A stretch of 30,658 bases of DNA, taken from the IMG/VR virus record IMGVR_UViG_3300030372_004647, positions 1 through 30,658 of that record. The stretch is one strand, 5' to 3'. Every line of letters starts with the position of its first letter. Position 1 is the first letter of the stretch. The position numbers and the translations under genes are program-made. Under the pieces are notes generated by a model, which was given only the letters and a program-made list of their open reading frames with translations, was not told the DNA's origin and ran no database searches. This stretch comes from a virus. Lineage: Duplodnaviria; Caudoviricetes. Shown here in pieces: positions 26,201 to 30,658 of the stretch.

Positions 26201-26343
26201 GAGGTGAGATATGGGAGCAGGCGATCCGGCTGGCGCGCGCTCTTGAGTATGCAAACGCAGCCGGAAACGATGACGCCGCAAAGATGCACCGCGCGGCGCT
26301 ACTGGAAAAACTTAAGCAACTAATGGAGATGTACAATGGATAA
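26197..26343 (+). CDS. Hypothetical 48-aa helical protein
   Basis: GAGGTG RBS, GTGA overlap; MRGEIWEQAIRLARALEYA...; below the ORF-track cut-off. Confidence 0.6.
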   Translation: MRGEIWEQAIRLARALEYANAAGNDDAAKMHRAALLEKLKQLMEMYNG

Positions 26344-26515
26344 AATATTACAGCATGGCGGCGGCCGTAAAAACCCGACCGGAAAAAAATCACCGATGGT
26401 CAATCTCGTAATGCCAATCGAAATGCTTGCCGAGGTCGAAGAGCTCGCATGGAAAAACCGACTCACCAAGAGCGAACAGATCCGACAGCTCATTGCCAAG
26501 GGTCTGAAAAAGTGA
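26336..26515 (+). CDS. CopG-like ribbon-helix-helix protein (59 aa)
   Basis: GRKNPTGKKSPMVNLVMPIEMLAEVEELAWKNRLTKSEQIRQLIAKGL; GGAG RBS; below the ORF-track cut-off. Confidence 0.75.
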   Translation: MDKILQHGGGRKNPTGKKSPMVNLVMPIEMLAEVEELAWKNRLTKSEQIRQLIAKGLKK

Positions 26516-26931
26516 GCCTCTTTATTGATCACATAAAAAAGAGACTGATCGAGGCGCGCGGAAAAGGTCATACGCTTGAGCAATGCGCGGCTCTGGTCGG
26601 CATCGCGCCGCGTACTCTTGATTATTGGATCGCAAAAGGGCGAGATGGTGAGCAACCCTATCAGGCTTGGTATCGACAGTTTCAAATGGCGCGGGCGAAC
26701 ATGTGCACGATCCTCTTAGATAGCCTTTTTGAGCGTGCGGTTAGTGGCGACAATGGCGCCACATACTTTCTCTTAGAGCGCGTGCACGGGTTTACCAAGG
26801 ACGGGCCGCCACCAATACAGATCAGCATCGATATTGATGGCGCACCAAACCCAAGAGAGGATCTTAAGATTGTTAATGAGCAATTAAAAATGCTTACGAC
26901 AGGGCCGGTTATCGATCTTGACGAAGACTAA
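26512..26931 (+). CDS. terS: Putative terminase small subunit
   Basis: HTH GHTLEQCAALVGIAPRTLDYW, GDNGATYFLLER..G; GTGA overlap start. Confidence 0.7.
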   Translation: MSLFIDHIKKRLIEARGKGHTLEQCAALVGIAPRTLDYWIAKGRDGEQPYQAWYRQFQMARANMCTILLDSLFERAVSGDNGATYFLLERVHGFTKDGPPPIQISIDIDGAPNPREDLKIVNEQLKMLTTGPVIDLDED

Positions 26932-26978
26932 TGCGCTTTTTGCGCACTAAATTACTAAACAACAAAAGGAGCAAAACA

Positions 26979-27209
26979 ATGAATAAAACAGATTGTAAAA
27001 CGCAAAAGATGGTCAATCTTTTGGTAAAAAGCAAAACACTAGCCGAACTGGAGGTGATGCAAAAAGAATACAGCAAGACCGCATCCCTCCTGCGGATGCT
27101 TGGCACGCCTGCCGACGACAAAACACAAGACAAGCAAAACAAGCTTTTCTTCGTCGAGCGTTGCGTTCGCATTGCGGTCAAATATTTAAAAAACATGCCT
27201 CAGGCATAA
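26979..27209 (+). CDS. Hypothetical cassette protein (76 aa)
   Basis: AAACAACAAAAGGAGCAAAACA-ATG. Confidence 0.7.
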   Translation: MNKTDCKTQKMVNLLVKSKTLAELEVMQKEYSKTASLLRMLGTPADDKTQDKQNKLFFVERCVRIAVKYLKNMPQA

Positions 27210-27224
27210 GATAAGGAGCAAACA

Positions 27225-27494
27225 ATGAGTAAATTACAAACAACAAAAGAGCAATCCAATAATGACGAGATGATTTTGATAGCGCATCTATCCAGAGAGT
27301 TTATGCGAGACCCGAAAGAGGTGGTTGAGGACTGGAATAACGGCAATATTCTTTGTTGGGATTGGGCTGGAGTCGTTGAGTGGTATCAAGGATTTGAAGA
27401 TCTACTTGATGGTACAATCGAAGAGGCGATCAGGTTTGATCTTGAAAAAGGCATACTGGTCAAGATTCAATCACTATTTTTTATGTATGGATAA
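27225..27494 (+). CDS. Hypothetical acidic cassette protein (89 aa)
   Basis: AAGGAGCAAACA-ATG. Confidence 0.7.
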   Translation: MSKLQTTKEQSNNDEMILIAHLSREFMRDPKEVVEDWNNGNILCWDWAGVVEWYQGFEDLLDGTIEEAIRFDLEKGILVKIQSLFFMYG

Positions 27495-27519
27495 TCTAAA
27501 ACAACAAAGGAGCAAAACA

Positions 27520-28230
27520 ATGAACAATAAAATAATCAAACATCTGCTGACACGTACAAACCAAAATCCACGGGGCGATCTTGACGCTCGCTTATTGGCT
27601 TGGTTAGAGCAAAACAAAGACGGCGCTTGCTGTGTTGAGGATCTCAGCGAAGAGATCGAGACATCCAGCGCAAGCGCATATCGATCGATATATCGCCTCG
27701 CAGCGCAAAGAAAGATCGGATTTGCCGCATCTACATATCACGACATGTCTGACATGTTGCGGTCGTTTAGTGGTCGAACGCGTGTTCTTTTTTGGCATCT
27801 TGATAACGATATATCTGCGCCTGTTTTGGAGGAGTGGATCGATGAGGATGCACCGCTTGAGCAGGGTCGTCTTTTTGGCGAGGATCTTGCGTCGCTCTCT
27901 TCTGAGCAATTGCAGGGTCTGATCGACGAGGCGAAGAAACTGCAAATTAAGCGCGGTATCGATCGTAGATATGCATGCATATCGCAGGCGCATCGAGACA
28001 AATTAACAGAGGTTTTTGGCCGCATTGGAATCACCGATCCCGTGTACTATGCACACTCAGATGATGACATTTCTTTTTTGACATACACTGCAGTGGCATC
28101 GATGCCGATCGATATCGTTGTTGATTCCGGCCATGGTCCGACTCGTCTAAATTGCAAGGCGCTCACCATCTTCGGGCGGGGTATCGTTGCCGCCACAGAT
28201 AGCATGTTCGCAGCGGAGGAGGCACAATGA
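27520..28230 (+). CDS. Winged-helix domain protein (236 aa)
   Basis: AAAACAACAAAGGAGCAAAACA-ATG; RLLAWL...VEDLSEEIETSSASAYRSIYRL...KI. Confidence 0.7.
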   Translation: MNNKIIKHLLTRTNQNPRGDLDARLLAWLEQNKDGACCVEDLSEEIETSSASAYRSIYRLAAQRKIGFAASTYHDMSDMLRSFSGRTRVLFWHLDNDISAPVLEEWIDEDAPLEQGRLFGEDLASLSSEQLQGLIDEAKKLQIKRGIDRRYACISQAHRDKLTEVFGRIGITDPVYYAHSDDDISFLTYTAVASMPIDIVVDSGHGPTRLNCKALTIFGRGIVAATDSMFAAEEAQ

Positions 28231-28544
28231 GGCGGCGCTTTAATGTGGCGCTCCTCCCAACAGCACCACCACCAAAGAGCAAGAGATTAGAGGGCAATAT
28301 AGGCGGGTCGCCGTTCAATCGCTGGTTTGTGCGTACGCTTACGGCGCACAGTATCACAAATAAAGCATTTGCTATAGCCTCAAAGCAACCCTATAGCACC
28401 GTGATGACGTGGCGCAAGCGATGCGATCCGCAGGTCTGGGGACAATGCCGCATCGCCGAGGCGCTTGAGGCGCTTGGTGTTGGCGATTATGAGGATTTGA
28501 GAATTACTATCCGGCGGCTATGTGATGACAGCAAAGGATTTTAA
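28227..28544 (+). CDS. Putative XRE/Cro-like HTH protein
   Basis: GGAGG RBS; SITNKAFAIASKQPYSTVMTWRK..P.....IAEAL. Confidence 0.55.
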   Translation: MRRRFNVALLPTAPPPKSKRLEGNIGGSPFNRWFVRTLTAHSITNKAFAIASKQPYSTVMTWRKRCDPQVWGQCRIAEALEALGVGDYEDLRITIRRLCDDSKGF

Positions 28545-29985
28545 CCGCGCAAAAACTCGCCTTTTGGAGGTGTCAAAGAACTTTCCGCTTGCCCTCTCTC
28601 GTCTTTGGGGGCCGTATTGTCATCGGTGGGATGGGTTTTCGGGCAAGAGCAAGCGGGATCGGGGTTGCGGTGCAATGATGCGGCGCGTTGGTCTCGGTTT
28701 GTATCGCTGTGATTCCTGCGATATCGAAGAGGCAAGAACAGCACAACAGGAGGTTCTATTAAGACTCAGAGAGGCCGGCGAGGCGTTTTTGTGTACGGGC
28801 GGGAACCGTGCAGGCAAAACCGAGATCGGCGCCATGTATGCGATCGCGGTGGCCGCGGGTCGTGGCGAGTGGTGGGTGCGTGAGTGGCTCGAAGCGAACG
28901 GTCTGCCGCTGGATCTGGTACCGGAAAAGCCGCAAACGGTCTGGTATGTGGCGCTTTCTTATGGCGATGCACTTGAGTATGGGCGCCCAAAGCTGGAAAA
29001 ATACGCACCGCAGGGCACAAAATACACACGATGGCGGGCGCAGGATCGGGCGTCGATGCGACTACCAAACGGCGGGCGGGTTGTCTCGCTCTCAAACTCC
29101 GCAGGTCGCGAGGCGTTTCAAGGATCGGCGATCAAACTGTGCTGGATGGATGAAGAGCCGGATCATGAGGTTTTTAATGAGTGTATGTTGCGTATCATCG
29201 ATAAACGCGGGCGCATCCTGATTACGGCAACACCACTTAAGGGTCTGACGTTTTTGCATGATATTTTTGTGGACCAGCGACCAACGGGATTTGATCATTA
29301 TGCAATATCCGGTCTCGATAATCCATATGTCAGCTCGCCCAAACTCCGCCGCGCGGTGGCGCACCTATCCGAAGCGAGCCAGCAAGCGCGCCTCTTTGGT
29401 GCGTTTACGAGTCAGAGCGGCCTAGTGTATCCAGAGTTCGATCGATCCGTGCATACGTGCCGGCCGTTTGAGATTCCGGAGCACTGGGATCGTGATCTAT
29501 GTATTGACTTTGGCGTCCGCAATCCGTTCGCCGCGCTTTGGGTGGCGCATGATATGGACACCGATACACTGTATGTGTATCGAGAGTATTACAAAACCGA
29601 AAAAACGACGCTTGAAAACGGGCGCATGATTAAGGCATTGAGCGCCCGCGATCCTGCTTTGCGGTGGATTGTAGCGGATCCAGAGAGCAAAGACGGCCGT
29701 CTTTTGTTGGCGCGCGAGCTGGGCCTGCACACCAAGCCGGCGCCAAAACATTACGGCGTGATGCAAACGATATCGATGGTTAAGGAACGGCTCAAACTTG
29801 ACGCAGAAGGCCGGCCGGCCTTGGTTATATTTGACACCTGTAAAGAGCTTTTGAAGGAGTTCCGAAAATATAAATGGAAAAAAACAGGTGGAAAAGATCA
29901 GCCAGAAAAGATGCACGATCATGGCTTGGACGCGCTCAGATACGAGATTTGCTTTCTGTACCGATTTAAAAAATACCGATCTTGA
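28522..29985 (+). CDS. terL: Terminase large subunit (allele B 3' end)
   Basis: Walker A GGNRAGKT, Walker B LCWMDEEP, ITATP, nuclease IDFG and DHGLDALRY. Confidence 0.95.
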   Translation: MMTAKDFNRAKTRLLEVSKNFPLALSRLWGPYCHRWDGFSGKSKRDRGCGAMMRRVGLGLYRCDSCDIEEARTAQQEVLLRLREAGEAFLCTGGNRAGKTEIGAMYAIAVAAGRGEWWVREWLEANGLPLDLVPEKPQTVWYVALSYGDALEYGRPKLEKYAPQGTKYTRWRAQDRASMRLPNGGRVVSLSNSAGREAFQGSAIKLCWMDEEPDHEVFNECMLRIIDKRGRILITATPLKGLTFLHDIFVDQRPTGFDHYAISGLDNPYVSSPKLRRAVAHLSEASQQARLFGAFTSQSGLVYPEFDRSVHTCRPFEIPEHWDRDLCIDFGVRNPFAALWVAHDMDTDTLYVYREYYKTEKTTLENGRMIKALSARDPALRWIVADPESKDGRLLLARELGLHTKPAPKHYGVMQTISMVKERLKLDAEGRPALVIFDTCKELLKEFRKYKWKKTGGKDQPEKMHDHGLDALRYEICFLYRFKKYRS

Positions 29986-30066
29986 AAAATAAATAAAAAT
30001 AATTGTTGAAATGTTATCTTGCTATGTTACTATATCAATACAACAACAAAACAAAGGAAAAAAACA
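29734..30066 (+). repeat. Second, diverged copy of 1-333
   Basis: See the first feature. Confidence 0.95.
30006..30066 (+). promoter_or_regulatory. Sigma70 promoter + CAA leader (allele B)
   Basis: TTGAAA(30006)-16 bp-TGt-TACTAT(30028); exact leader at 30040-30058. Confidence 0.75.
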
Positions 30067-30408
30067 ATGACTACAGCAGAGCAAAGAAACATAAAATACA
30101 TCAGAGCATACCTAAGCGCAAAACTTGCTTTTGATTGCTTTGAGTCAATCAGCGAGTTTAATGTTTACGTTGATGGCTTGGATGGGCGGGATTTTCGCGG
30201 ATATCCTATGGAAAAGCCTTATGTATACTCTCAATCAGAGGACTTGATCAATCTTGATACCGCAACTGATGACGATCTTCTGTCGGTTGAATCAATGAAT
30301 CTATTGTATGCTGTACGAGGAAAAGAAGTTCTGATCTACCGGTGGACTGATAGAAAATACAATGAATGGAAAAAAATGATGGGCGACCGTTTACAATATA
30401 TCGACTAA
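30067..30408 (+). CDS. Hypothetical cassette protein (113 aa), alternative occupant of the post-terL slot
   Basis: ATG after the leader; no visible similarity to 334..1068. Confidence 0.8.
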   Translation: MTTAEQRNIKYIRAYLSAKLAFDCFESISEFNVYVDGLDGRDFRGYPMEKPYVYSQSEDLINLDTATDDDLLSVESMNLLYAVRGKEVLIYRWTDRKYNEWKKMMGDRLQYID

Positions 30409-30445
30409 GAATCGACTAAATAACAACAAAACAAAGGAGCAAGTA

Positions 30446-30658
30446 ATGAAGACCTACAACTACAAAGGCCACACAATAACACAGACCAACACTACAACCG
30501 ACGTTTATGCGCTTCGATTCTCTCGATACGTCAAGGAGATCCGATATATGTATGCGGTTGATGGTGAGTTCTGGACCGGCCCAAAGTTCACATCAATCCA
30601 AGAGGCCAAAGAATGGATCAGTGAGCGCATCCGCAACAACTGCCAAGAGTGCGGCGGG
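30446..30658 (+). CDS. Hypothetical cassette protein, truncated by the window end
   Basis: ACAACAAAACAAAGGAGC leader at 30423; MKTYNYKGHTITQ... open to the end. Confidence 0.75.
   Translation, partial: MKTYNYKGHTITQTNTTTDVYALRFSRYVKEIRYMYAVDGEFWTGPKFTSIQEAKEWISERIRNNCQECGG

Noticed and set aside
450-29922. Many antisense and overlapping ORFs in the track (for example 450..974, 14292..14780, 20911..21480, 29497..29922)
   Set aside because: They are shadows of well-supported genes, with no RBS or recognisable motifs.
307-30445. CRISPR array or integron attC sites formed by the repeated leader
   Set aside because: The repeats are dispersed, non-palindromic and separated by whole genes; no cas or integron integrase.
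1-30658. Stop-codon reassignment
   Set aside because: Core genes are intact in the standard code, and TAA, TGA and TAG all end genes at sensible positions.

Overview
The window holds an apparently complete ~29.7 kb tailed-phage genome (HK97-type head, non-contractile tail), followed by ~0.9 kb of a second, divergent copy of the same locus. Bases 1-~333 recur at 29734-~30066 with mostly synonymous differences, and a different gene set follows each copy. Core modules: TerS/TerL, portal, MuF/gp7-like minor head protein, prohead protease, MCP, head-tail and tail genes, YkuD-like endolysin with a membrane protein, an inverted fibre-like module, DEDDh exonuclease, HTH replication initiator with internal 22-bp iterons, and a beta-class DNA methyltransferase. 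No integrase, recombinase, polymerase, RT or CRISPR array is recognisable. The most striking unexplained structure is a dispersed set of small orphan-gene 'cassettes'. They share a CAA-rich leader/RBS (ACAACAACAAAACAAAGGA), often sit behind their own sigma70 promoter, and several promoters carry a common 15-bp palindromic operator (CAWGWTA-W-TAWCWTG) that also sits at the rep promoter. The window shows one cassette slot in two allelic states and one probable cassette-cassette fusion. Two candidate recoding sites are present: a -1 slippery site joining portal to MuF, and a UCC_UUU_CGU +1 site in the tail assembly chaperone. Product calls come from motif recognition and synteny only; no database searches were run.
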